From the NCBI GenBank assembly GCA_046351155.1, contig JAXLYZ010000005.1, positions 43,254 through 107,253 of the forward strand: 64,000 nt of DNA. Direction: 5' to 3'. Positions 39,408 through 48,275 of this stretch are shown piece after piece. The first letter of the stretch is position 1; each line of letters starts with the position of its first letter. A program made the position numbers and the translations under genes. The notes under the pieces were generated by a model. The model was not told the DNA's origin, ran no database searches, and saw only the letters and a program-made list of their open reading frames with translations. This stretch comes from Myxococcota bacterium (GTDB lineage: Bacteria; Myxococcota_A; UBA9042; PHBI01).

Positions 39408-41211
39408 CCTCACCTCCGCCGCTCCGGCGACGCTCGCCCGGCCCGCCGCGCGCCGCTTCGCCATCGACCTGCCGCTGGCCAAGACGCTGGTCGTCGTCAA
39501 CGGCCTCGTGCCGATGGCGCTGCTCGTGTGGGACGCGCTCCACCACGAGCTCGGCGCCAACGACGTCAACTTCGCCATCCGCACGACCGGCCTGGTCGGC
39601 CTGGTCATGCTGATGCTGTCGCTGGCGGTGACGCCGCTCCGTCGCATCACCGGCTGGAACGTGATCATCGGCGTGCGGCGCGCGCTGGGCCTGCTGGCGT
39701 TCTTCTATCTGGCCAGCCATTTTGTCATATTCTTCGTCTTCGACCGCGCCGGCTCGCTCTCGAGCACCATCGACGAGATCCTGACGCGCACCTACCTCCA
39801 GATCGGCACCATCGCGCTCGTGCTCATGTCGGCGCTGGCGCTGACCTCGACCGACAAGATGGTGCAGCGCCTGGGCGCCAAGCGCTGGAAGCTCCTGCAC
39901 CGCCTGGCCTACCCCATCGCCATCCTGGCGGTCATCCACTTCCTCCTGCTGGTGAAGTCCGACATCCGCGCGCCGCGCGCCTTCGCCATCGTGCTGGGCG
40001 TGCTGCTGGTCTATCGAGTCGTGCGCCACTACCTCGACCTGCGCCAGCGCGCGCACGCGCCGCGCGCCGCCCCGGCGACGGCCTCGGCGAACGCCGCGCG
40101 GGCCGCTGCGGCGGCGGCCCGCCAGCGCCGCTTCTGGTCGGGCGAGCTGCGCGTCGCACGCGTCTTCCAGGAGACGCACGACGTGAAGACGTTCCGCCTG
40201 GTGTCGCCCGACGGCGGCCCCCTGCCCTTCGACTACCGCCCCGGGCAATATCTCAATATCAAGCTCGATATCAGCGGTCGCCGCGTCAATCGCTCCTACA
40301 CCATCGCCTCGTCGCCGAGCCGCGGCCAGCACTGCGAGCTCAGCGTGAAGCGCGCCAAGGACGGCTACGCCTCGCACTTCCTGCACGACGCCGTGCGCGA
40401 GGGCGACCTCGTCAAGGTCTCGGCGCCGGCCGGCCGCTTCGTCTTCGATGGCGCCAGCGCCGAGCGCGCGCCGTCGGAGCGCGTGCTGCTCGTGGCCGGC
40501 GGCGTCGGCATCACGCCGCTCATGTCGATGGTACGCTGGCTCACCGATCGCGCCTGGCCCGGCGACATCTATTTGGCAATATCAGTGCGCACGCGCGCCG
40601 ACATCATCTTCCAGGACGAGCTGGCCTACCTCGAGCGCCGCTTCCCCAACCTGCACGTGGTCGTCACGCTGAGCCAGCCCGACGCCGACTGGGCCGGCGC
40701 GCGCGGCCACGTCTCGGCCGCGCTCCTGGCCGGCCTGGTGCCCGACCTCGGACGCCGGCGCACGCCCGTCTTCCTGTGCGGCCCCGAGCCGATGATGCTG
40801 GCCGTGCGCGCGCTGCTCGGCACGCTCGGCGTCGCGCCCGAGGACGTCGCCACCGAGGAGTTCGTCTCGCCGCCGGCCGGCGCCGAGGCGGCCGTCGACG
40901 CCGCGCCCATCGCGAGCGACGCCGGCCCGGCCGACGACGACGCGAGCGCGACCGCGACGGTGGCCTTCGCGCGCTCGGCGGTGACGACCGAGGTCGAGGC
41001 GCCGACGACCTTGCTCGAGGCCGCCGAGAGCTGCGGCGTGAGCATCCCCTTCGAGTGCCGCTCGGGCATCTGCGGCCAGTGCAAGACGCGCCTCACCGCC
41101 GGCCGCGTGGTGATGGAGGTGCAGGACGCGCTGTCCGCCGTCGACCGCCAGCGTGGCCTGGTGCTCGCCTGCCAGGCGCGCCCGCGCGGGCCGGTCACGC
41201 TCGACGCCTGA
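39394..41211 (+). CDS. msrQ: MsrQ-like heme-binding membrane subunit fused to FNR-type FAD/NAD-binding and 2Fe-2S ferredoxin domains
   Basis: The N-terminus has a 6-TM ferric-reductase-like domain with conserved His residues (LHHELG, ASHF, LHRLAY, IHFLL). The FNR-like region has [20 protein letters not shown] and VFLCGPEPM. The C-terminus has the cluster [10 protein letters not shown]...LACQ. It overlaps the msrP stop by 14 nt. Confidence 0.75.
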   Translation: MPTSDLTSAAPATLARPAARRFAIDLPLAKTLVVVNGLVPMALLVWDALHHELGANDVNFAIRTTGLVGLVMLMLSLAVTPLRRITGWNVIIGVRRALGLLAFFYLASHFVIFFVFDRAGSLSSTIDEILTRTYLQIGTIALVLMSALALTSTDKMVQRLGAKRWKLLHRLAYPIAILAVIHFLLLVKSDIRAPRAFAIVLGVLLVYRVVRHYLDLRQRAHAPRAAPATASANAARAAAAAARQRRFWSGELRVARVFQETHDVKTFRLVSPDGGPLPFDYRPGQYLNIKLDISGRRVNRSYTIASSPSRGQHCELSVKRAKDGYASHFLHDAVREGDLVKVSAPAGRFVFDGASAERAPSERVLLVAGGVGITPLMSMVRWLTDRAWPGDIYLAISVRTRADIIFQDELAYLERRFPNLHVVVTLSQPDADWAGARGHVSAALLAGLVPDLGRRRTPVFLCGPEPMMLAVRALLGTLGVAPEDVATEEFVSPPAGAEAAVDAAPIASDAGPADDDASATATVAFARSAVTTEVEAPTTLLEAAESCGVSIPFECRSGICGQCKTRLTAGRVVMEVQDALSAVDRQRGLVLACQARPRGPVTLDA

Positions 41212-41289
41212 GGCGTTCCGGGGCTGGTACGGGCGCCTCGACGAGCGGGCGCCGCTCATCGCGTCGGCAACGGCTCGTTCGTCGCCGCC

Positions 41290-41538
41290 ATGGCGCTCCG
41301 CGCCGCCGACGTGGCCGCGCGCATCCCGTCCATCCCGGCGGCCGATCCGGCGCGCGGCTGGATCGTCGCCGTACCGAACTGGCACGCCTTCGTGCTGGCG
41401 CCGGCCGGCGCCGACGACGCCGACCAGGCGTGGGCCGGCGAGCTGCGGCCCGTGGTGGCGCGCCTCTTCGACTACGTCGACAGCGTCAGCCCGGACCTCT
41501 TCCGCGTGCGCGGCGAGGCGTGGACGCGCATGTCCTAG
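41290..41538 (+). CDS. Small hypothetical protein (82 aa)
   Basis: Protein-like composition. The conserved 16-mer CGCCCTGAATTTGTCA lies 23 nt 3-prime of its stop, as it does after the AAA ATPase gene. It may start earlier at CTG or GTG. Confidence 0.25.
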   Translation: MALRAADVAARIPSIPAADPARGWIVAVPNWHAFVLAPAGADDADQAWAGELRPVVARLFDYVDSVSPDLFRVRGEAWTRMS

Positions 41539-41548
41539 CGAGGCTGCG

Positions 41549-43008
41549 TCACTTCAGGAGCGCCCTGAATTTGTCAATCTCCATGGACGGCGCGATCACC
41601 GTGAGGTGGGTGCCGTCCTCTTCGTGCTTCTCGCCGAGCACGCGCATGCTGGCCCGCACCTGTCCGGTGAGCTGGCCGCGCGCGTAGGGGATGACCAGCG
41701 TGGCGGTCTCGAACTCGGCCTCGAAGAAGGCGATGATGGTGTCGCGGAGGCGGGCCACGTCGGCCGGATCGTGGGCCGAGAGCTGGATGGCGTCGGGCCA
41801 CTCGACGGCCAGCATCTCGCGCTGCTCGGGCGCGACGCGGTCGACCTTGTTCAAGAGGATGCGGCTCGGGATGTCGTCGGCGCCGATCTCGGTGAGCACC
41901 GTCTTCGTCACCCGGAGCTGGTCCCGGAAGCTCGGGTCGGAGCTGTCGACCACGAACAGGAGCAGCGAGGCCTCGAGCGCCTCGTCGAGCGTCGAGCGGA
42001 ACGACGCCACCAGGTCGTGGGGCAGCTTCTTGATGAAGCCGACCGTGTCCGACACGAGGATGCGCGGCAGCACCTCGGGCTGGAGCGCGCGCACGGTGGT
42101 GCCGAGCGTCGCGAACAGCTTGTCCTCGACCAGCACCTCGCTGCCCGTCAGCGCGCGCATGAGCGACGACTTGCCGGCGTTGGTGTAGCCGACCAGCGCC
42201 ACGCGCCGCACGCCCTGGCGCCGCTGGCGGCGGTTCTCCTCGTCGCGCGCGATGGCGACGAGCTCGGCGCGCAGCTCGGCGATGCGGTCGCGCACCTTGC
42301 GGCGGTCGAGCTCGAGCGCCGACTCGCCGGCGCCCTTGCCGGCGCCGACGCCGCCGCGCTGGCGTTCGGTGCCGCGCACGCCGGCGCGGAGCCGCGGCAC
42401 GACGTAGGCGAGGCGCGCGATCTCGACCTGCAGGCGCGCCTCGCGCGTGTTGGCGTGGCGGTGGAAGATCTCGACGATGACGCCGGTGCGGTCGAGCACC
42501 TCGGCGTCGGTCGCCTTCTCGAGGTTGCGCGCCTGGCGCGGGCTGATCTCGTGGTCGACCACCACCACGTCGGCGCGCGGATAGGCGCCGTCGGGGTGCG
42601 GCGGGGCCTGGGCGATGGCCGCGCCGTCGGGCGCCGCGGCGGCGGCTGCGCCGTCCTCGTCCGCGTCGGGCTCGGCGGCCTCGGCGGCGTCGCTCGCGCC
42701 CTCGGCGTCGTCGCCGTCGTCGTCCTCGTCGTCGCCCTTGGCCTTCTTCTTCCCGGTCGGCACGTAGGTCGGCACGACGCCGCTGCCGCCGGTGTAGGCG
42801 GCCAGCTCCATGAGCTTGCCCGAGCCGAAGATGGCGGCGGTGCTGAGGCTCTTCCGCTTCTGGGTGACGGCGCCGACGACCTTCAGGCCGAGCGTCTCGA
42901 TGAGGCGCGTGAGCTCGGCGATGTCGCCGGCGTGGGCGGCGTCGTCGACGTCGGGGAGCTGGACGGCGGCGATGACAGCGGTCTTTTTCGGTGTCTCGGT
43001 CGAGTGCA
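41549..43008 (-). CDS. hflX: GTPase HflX
   Basis: G1 GYTNAGKSS, G3 DTVGF and G4 NKVD, plus HflX N-terminal-domain blocks. The start MHSTETPKK is at 43008. It contains an acidic low-complexity insertion (DDEDDDGDDAEGASDAAEAAEPDADEDG). Confidence 0.85.
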
Positions 43009-43232
43009 TCGGGCGCGAGCGTATGCCCCGAGCCGGCCCGGACCACAAGCGCCATGTCGCGGGCGTGACCGCGCGGGGCCGCGTCATTGGCCGCGGCCGT
43101 GGAATCAGGTAAGAAATCCTCCGCGGGTTTTTCGGATCGCCGAGGCAGTGGTGTCGGTGGCCGCGAACCTCGGGCAAGGCGCCCGACGCCGCCCGACCCT
43201 GCCCCGAACCCGACCGTACCCCGGAGAACTCG

Positions 43233-44228
43233 ATGCGCGCTCACCTCGTCCTGCTCTGCTCACTGCCGCTCGCAGCCGCGTGCGACGGCGCCTCCAACTC
43301 GAGCCCCGGCCAGACCCGGGCGAGCCTCCAGCCCGGCGCCGACTGCGGCGCCGACTTCGACGCCTGCCTCGCGTCGGGCAGCGACCCGCTCGCCTGCAAG
43401 CTGGCCTTCATCGACTGCACCGGCGAGGGCGCCGCCCCCGACTCGAGCGGCGCCCCCGACGGCGACAAGCCCGACCCCGTCGACCCCAACGGCAACCCGA
43501 CGCCCGGCGACGGCTCGGCCGCCGACCCGTGGGACCAGTGCAAGGCCGACTTCCTGGCCTGCGCCGGCCAGGGCTACGACCTCGCGCTGTGCCTCGAGAA
43601 GGTGCGCTGGTGCGCCGGCGTGTGCGGGCCCGAGGCCGGCGGCGGCGGCCAGCCCGGCGACCCGTGCGCCCCGAAGCTCGACGCGTGCCTCGCCTCGGGC
43701 GGCGAGCCGACGGCCTGCAAGGACGACTACATGGCCTGCGTCGAGTCGATCGGTGGAACGGGCAGCGGGACGGGCGACCCGGGCCAGCCGTCGGAGGATC
43801 CGTGCATGCCGATCTACGACGACTGCGTGAAGGCCGGCGGCGACCCGGTCGCGTGCAAGGAGCGCTACAGCGAGTGCTGGGGCCAGCTGCCGAGCGACCC
43901 GGTCGACCCCGGCCAGCCGGCGCCCGACGCCTGCAGCGCCGACCTCGATAGCTGCCTCGCCTCGGGCTACGACCCGACCGCGTGCAAGGAGAAGTTCGAG
44001 GCCTGCCTCGGCGGCAGCGCCGGCGGCTACGACCCCAACGGCAACCCCGACGGCTCGAAGCCCGACGACGGCGCCGGCGCCGACGGCTCGACGACCGACC
44101 CTGCCACCGGCTCGCCCTGCGAGGACGGCTTCCAGGCCTGCCTGCGCGCCACCCCCGACGGCTCGGCCCTGCCGGCCTGCGTGGCGGCGCTCGAGGCGTG
44201 TAAGACGGCGTTCGACGCGACGCGCTGA
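43233..44228 (+). CDS. Lipoprotein with five about-40-aa Cys modules (DxCLASGxDPxACKxx[FY]xxC)
   Basis: Lipobox LAAAC. The repeats include DFDACLASGSDPLACKLAFIDC, LDACLASGGEPTACKDDYMAC, YDDCVKAGGDPVACKERYSEC and LDSCLASGYDPTACKEKFEAC. Confidence 0.6.
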   Translation: MRAHLVLLCSLPLAAACDGASNSSPGQTRASLQPGADCGADFDACLASGSDPLACKLAFIDCTGEGAAPDSSGAPDGDKPDPVDPNGNPTPGDGSAADPWDQCKADFLACAGQGYDLALCLEKVRWCAGVCGPEAGGGGQPGDPCAPKLDACLASGGEPTACKDDYMACVESIGGTGSGTGDPGQPSEDPCMPIYDDCVKAGGDPVACKERYSECWGQLPSDPVDPGQPAPDACSADLDSCLASGYDPTACKEKFEACLGGSAGGYDPNGNPDGSKPDDGAGADGSTTDPATGSPCEDGFQACLRATPDGSALPACVAALEACKTAFDATR

Positions 44229-44234
44229 AGTCGC

Positions 44235-44756
44235 TTGGGCGTCACCCCCGAGGATCGCGGCGAGGTCCCCGAGCTCGATCTCGAGGACCTCTACCGCCGC
44301 TTCGCGCCGCAGGTGCTGCGGCGCGGGCGCTACTTCCTCGGCCCGTCGGAGGCCGAGGAGCTGGTCCACGAGGTGTTCGTGCGCGCGCTCGAGCAGAAGG
44401 ACCGCTTCCGTGGCGAGAGCTCGCCCGCGACGTGGCTCTTCCGCATCGCCACCCACCTGTGTCTCAACCGCCTGCGCGACCGGAAGCGCCAGGCGGCGCT
44501 GCTGGTCCGCCACGGCCCGACCGTGTGGGCGCAGAGCGATCCCGGGAGCTCTCCCGAAGCGCGCGCGTTCCTGAGCTCACTGTGGCGTACCCTCGACGAG
44601 GAGCTCGCTATGATCGGTACCCTCTATTACGTCGACGGCCTCACCACCGCCGACATCGGCGAGATGCTCGAGGTCTCGGATCGCACCATCGCCAATCGCC
44701 TGAAGACCCTCACCGAGCTGGCCCGCCGCCACGCCGGCGTGGAGGACGGGGCGTGA
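44235..44756 (+). CDS. ECF (sigma-70 family) RNA polymerase sigma factor
   Basis: Region 2 (LVHEVFVRALEQKDRFRGESSPATWLFRIATHLCLNRLRDRKR) and region 4 HTH (LYYVDGLTTADIGEMLEVSDRTIANRL). The track start is TTG 44235. Confidence 0.8.
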   Translation: MGVTPEDRGEVPELDLEDLYRRFAPQVLRRGRYFLGPSEAEELVHEVFVRALEQKDRFRGESSPATWLFRIATHLCLNRLRDRKRQAALLVRHGPTVWAQSDPGSSPEARAFLSSLWRTLDEELAMIGTLYYVDGLTTADIGEMLEVSDRTIANRLKTLTELARRHAGVEDGA

Positions 44757-45664
44757 GCACGCGGCCCCCGCAGGCGTCCCAGGCGTCGGACGCCGCATCG
44801 GACGCCCCGCCCCGCGGCCTCGACCGCGGCGGCCACCTGTCCGAGCTGGCGTTCGACCGCCTGCGCTCCGACCGGCCCGGCAGCCACGACGCCTTCCGCG
44901 CCGGCGCGCTCGCGCATCTGGCCGAGTGCGCGCGCTGCCAGGCGGCGCAGGCCGCGCTGGCCGCCGCCGACGCCGAGGTCGGCCTGCGCCCGCCGGCCGC
45001 GCCGATGCGCTCGACGCCGACGGCGACGCCGACGCCGATCGCCCAGGCCCGCGCCGCGCGCGTGCGCCGCGCCCTGACCCTGGGAGCGCCGCTGGCGGCC
45101 GCCGCGCTCGCGCTGGTCATCGCCCTGCCGAGCGGCCAGGCGCCGGTCGGCCCCGGCCCCGGCGTCCCGCCCGACGCCGACCTCGACGCCGGCGACCACA
45201 TCATCCTGAAGAGCGGCGCCCTCGACTTCGAGGTCTACATCCACGACGGCACGGCCAGCCGCCTGGTGCAGAGCGGCGCCGAGGTCCACCCGGGCGACCG
45301 CGCCAGCTTCCGCGTCAACCTGCGCGCGCCCGGCTACCTCCTGGTCGTCGGCTCCGACGAGGCCGGCCACACCTACCTGTGCTGGCCGCAGGACGGCGTC
45401 GTCGCGGCCGACAGCGCCGAGGCCGTGGCCATCGGCCCGACCGCCGCGCCCGAGCAGCTCGAGGCCGCCATGCGCTTCGACGACGTGCTCGGCGACGAGC
45501 ACCTGGTGGCGGTCTTCTGCCCCGGCCGCTTCGCCTACCCCGACGTCGCCACGCGTGAGCTGGTCGGTCGCGATGAGGCATTGCTCGCCCGTTTCCGGCA
45601 GACTCACGCCGACTGCACCATCCGGGCGGTCGTGCTCCACAAGGTGTCGGGGGCCAAGCCATGA
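44753..45664 (+). CDS. Anti-sigma factor (zinc-binding ZAS-type, single TM)
   Basis: GTG overlaps the sigma stop (GTGA). Motif HLAECARCQAAQ (HxxxCxxC). TM segment LTLGAPLAAAALALVIAL, then a periplasmic domain. Confidence 0.65.
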   Translation: MSTRPPQASQASDAASDAPPRGLDRGGHLSELAFDRLRSDRPGSHDAFRAGALAHLAECARCQAAQAALAAADAEVGLRPPAAPMRSTPTATPTPIAQARAARVRRALTLGAPLAAAALALVIALPSGQAPVGPGPGVPPDADLDAGDHIILKSGALDFEVYIHDGTASRLVQSGAEVHPGDRASFRVNLRAPGYLLVVGSDEAGHTYLCWPQDGVVAADSAEAVAIGPTAAPEQLEAAMRFDDVLGDEHLVAVFCPGRFAYPDVATRELVGRDEALLARFRQTHADCTIRAVVLHKVSGAKP

Positions 45665-47253
45665 GCGCGCGCGGATCGATGGGTGTGGTCGGGCTGGCGT
45701 GCGCGCTGTGGCTCATCGGCGTCGGCGCGAGCGGCACGGCCCACGCCGGCGAGCGCTTCGCCATCGTCATCGGCGCCAACGTCGGCGAAGCCGACGAGCC
45801 GCGCCTGTCCTTCGCCGAGCGCGACGCGCAGAAGATGGCCGAGGTGCTGACGCGGCTCGGCGGCGTCGACTCCGAGGACCTCATCCTCCTGCTCTCGCCC
45901 GACGCCGGCGACGTGCGCCGCTCGCTGGCCGCGCTGAAGGGCCGCATCCAGGCGCCCATGCCACCGGGCGGCGAGAGCGGCGGGCCGGTGCTGTTCATCT
46001 ATTATAGTGGGCATGCCGACGGCCAGGCGCTCCACCTCCGCGGCACCGAGCTGCCGTTCGCCGACCTGAAGGCGGCCGTGCGCGCCATCGGCGCCGACAT
46101 GAGCGTGTTCCTGGTCGACGCCTGCCGCTCGGGCGGCCTCGTGCGCCTGAAGGGCGCGGTGCCGGCCGAGCGCTTCCGGATCGACGCGCAGGACGAGCTC
46201 TCGAGCGAAGGCCTGGCCATCATCACCAGCTCGGCCGAGAGCGAGGACGCGCAGGAGTCCGAGCGGCTGGGCGGCGGCGTCTTCACCCACCACCTCGTGA
46301 CCGGCCTCCTCGGCGCCGCCGACGCCTCGGGCGACGCGCGCGTGACGCTGTCCGAGGCCTATCGCTATGCCTACGTGCAGACGCTCAGCGCCACATCCAC
46401 AACCGCGGTTGTGCAACACCCGACCTTCGCCTTCGACATGCAGGGCCAGCGCGAGCTGGTGCTGACCCACATGGGCGGCGACACCGGCCAGGGCCTGCTC
46501 GAGCTGGTCGCGGCCGGCCACTACGTCGTCTTCGAGCGCTTCGGCGCGCGCGAGGTGGCGGCCGAGCTCGACGCGCGCCCCGAGACCGAGCTGGTGCTGC
46601 CGCCCGGGCCCTACCTCGTGCGGCGGCGCGAGACGGCGCGCGTCTTCGAGACCGAGCGCGCGGTGGTGGCTGGCGCGGTCACCAAGGTCGCCGACGGCGA
46701 CTTCGTGCAGGTGCCGTATCGGCACGCGGTGCGGAAGGGCTACGGCCAGGCCGAGCGGCGCGCCCTGTCGTTGGGCGCCGACCTCGAGGTGGCCGGCGCG
46801 CTGCTACCGTCGACCGACCCGTTCGTGCTCGGCGCCGTCACCGGCCAGCTCGACTTCGCCGACCTGGCGCTGCGGCTCCGCTTCCGCTACGGCCGGAGCG
46901 GCGGCGAGAACGCGCACGTGAGCCTGAGCCAGGGCCTCATGGGCCTCGACGTCGGGCTCTACAAGCTCTTCGACATCGGCCGCCACGGCGTCGGCTTCGG
47001 CCTCCGCGGCGGCGTCGACTGGCTGTCGCAGTCGTTCGACAGCGAGGGTCGCGCGCCCGCCAAGAACCAGGTGCTCGGGCGCTTCGGGCCGTTCCTGCGC
47101 GTGGAGCTCGCGCTGTCGGGCTCGGTCACGCTGCAGATCGACGTCGGCGACGAGCTCTACTTCCTCGATGTGGCGCACGGCGCCGGCGCGAGCCGGACCG
47201 AGACGCGCGCCGCGCCGACGGCCTCCCTCGGCTTCGGAGTGCTCCTGCCATGA
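45661..47253 (+). CDS. Secreted caspase-like (peptidase C14) protein with a C-terminal beta-rich domain
   Basis: Signal peptide. Caspase His/Cys dyad context: FAIVIGAN, YYSGHADG (His) and VFLVDACRSGG (Cys). The C-terminal about 200 aa is beta-strand-like with alternating hydrophobics. ATGA overlap with the anti-sigma stop. Confidence 0.7.
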   Translation: MSARGSMGVVGLACALWLIGVGASGTAHAGERFAIVIGANVGEADEPRLSFAERDAQKMAEVLTRLGGVDSEDLILLLSPDAGDVRRSLAALKGRIQAPMPPGGESGGPVLFIYYSGHADGQALHLRGTELPFADLKAAVRAIGADMSVFLVDACRSGGLVRLKGAVPAERFRIDAQDELSSEGLAIITSSAESEDAQESERLGGGVFTHHLVTGLLGAADASGDARVTLSEAYRYAYVQTLSATSTTAVVQHPTFAFDMQGQRELVLTHMGGDTGQGLLELVAAGHYVVFERFGAREVAAELDARPETELVLPPGPYLVRRRETARVFETERAVVAGAVTKVADGDFVQVPYRHAVRKGYGQAERRALSLGADLEVAGALLPSTDPFVLGAVTGQLDFADLALRLRFRYGRSGGENAHVSLSQGLMGLDVGLYKLFDIGRHGVGFGLRGGVDWLSQSFDSEGRAPAKNQVLGRFGPFLRVELALSGSVTLQIDVGDELYFLDVAHGAGASRTETRAAPTASLGFGVLLP

Positions 47254-48263
47254 GCGACCGCGCAATCCATCGCATCGCCGTGGCGACGCTCGGCCTCGCG
47301 GCCGGCCTGGCATGCGGCGTCGCGGCCTGCGGCGACGCGGTCGTCGACGGCACCTGGCCGGGCGAGGCGCTGTTCCAGCTCGAGGGCTGGGTCGAGCTCG
47401 AGGCCGGCACCTCGACGCTGCTCGGCGACGGCCATCGCGACCAGGGCGAGCTGCGCGTCGGCATCTTCTGGACGCCCACCAAGGGCACCGACTTCCAGCT
47501 CGAGACCGCCGTCGAGCAGGAGGTGTCGACGGCCGGCACGTTCCCGGCGCGCTTCACCGTGACGCTCTACGAGCCGCCGCCCGACTCGCTGCTGCACGCG
47601 GTCGCCGACGGCAGCGGCCAGGTGGCGCAGGCGCTGCTCTTGGCCTACCTCGACCAGGATGGCGACGGCCAGTGGGACCGCGCCAGCGAGATCCTGGTCG
47701 GCGGCGCCGCCCAGCGCGTCATCCTCTACACCCCCGACGGCATCGTCAGCGACGCGCTCGGCACGCTCGGCCCGGGCTTCCATCGCGTGGTGCCGACCGG
47801 CGTCTGCGACAGCGGCGCCGGCGCGCGCTTCGCCGCCGACACCGAGGCCGACATCGACCTGACCGTGAGCATGGCATTTCCCGTCGACGCGCTGCTGGAT
47901 GTCAATTGCGACGGCAAGAAGGACGAGTGGTCGGGCGTCTGTCCGCCGCTCGAGAACGTGCGCCTGCGCTGCGGCGATCCCGCGGTGGAGCCCGTCATGT
48001 GCGCCTCGTGCACGGCCTACCTGTGGACGCCGGGCTCGGACGTGGCGGCCTGCGACCAGTGGTTTGACAAATGCCTGTCCGTCTATTTCGCACCGAATGA
48101 GTGCGAGTCGGAATGGCATATCTGCCGCGGCGAGCCGGTCAGCGTCGATCCCAGCTGCGGCGACCTCGCCTGCCAGTGCAAGGGCGTCTACACGGACTGC
48201 CTGGCCAGCGGCTACGCCGAGGACGTCTGCCGGCCGAAGTACGACAGCTGCGTCGGCCAGTGA
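47250..48263 (+). CDS. Lipoprotein; the C-terminus carries the same Cys module as the 43233-44228 lipoprotein
   Basis: Lipobox LAAGLACG. The C-terminus reads CGDLACQCKGVYTDCLASGYAEDVCRPKYDSC. ATGA overlap with the caspase-like gene stop. Confidence 0.6.
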   Translation: MSDRAIHRIAVATLGLAAGLACGVAACGDAVVDGTWPGEALFQLEGWVELEAGTSTLLGDGHRDQGELRVGIFWTPTKGTDFQLETAVEQEVSTAGTFPARFTVTLYEPPPDSLLHAVADGSGQVAQALLLAYLDQDGDGQWDRASEILVGGAAQRVILYTPDGIVSDALGTLGPGFHRVVPTGVCDSGAGARFAADTEADIDLTVSMAFPVDALLDVNCDGKKDEWSGVCPPLENVRLRCGDPAVEPVMCASCTAYLWTPGSDVAACDQWFDKCLSVYFAPNECESEWHICRGEPVSVDPSCGDLACQCKGVYTDCLASGYAEDVCRPKYDSCVGQ

Positions 48264-48275
48264 TCGGGCCGGCGC

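Noticed and set aside
43009-43232. T-run (ccgcgggtttttcgg) in the hflX/lipoprotein divergent intergenic region as a terminator or riboswitch
   Set aside because: No complementary stem precedes the T-run on either strand in a terminator-like arrangement. The location between divergent starts argues against a terminator. There is insufficient structure to call an RNA element.
46393-46406. 14-bp perfect palindrome ACAACCGCGGTTGT inside the caspase-like gene
   Set aside because: It is short, lies within coding sequence and contains a CCGCGG core that is common in this GC-rich DNA. It is probably chance.
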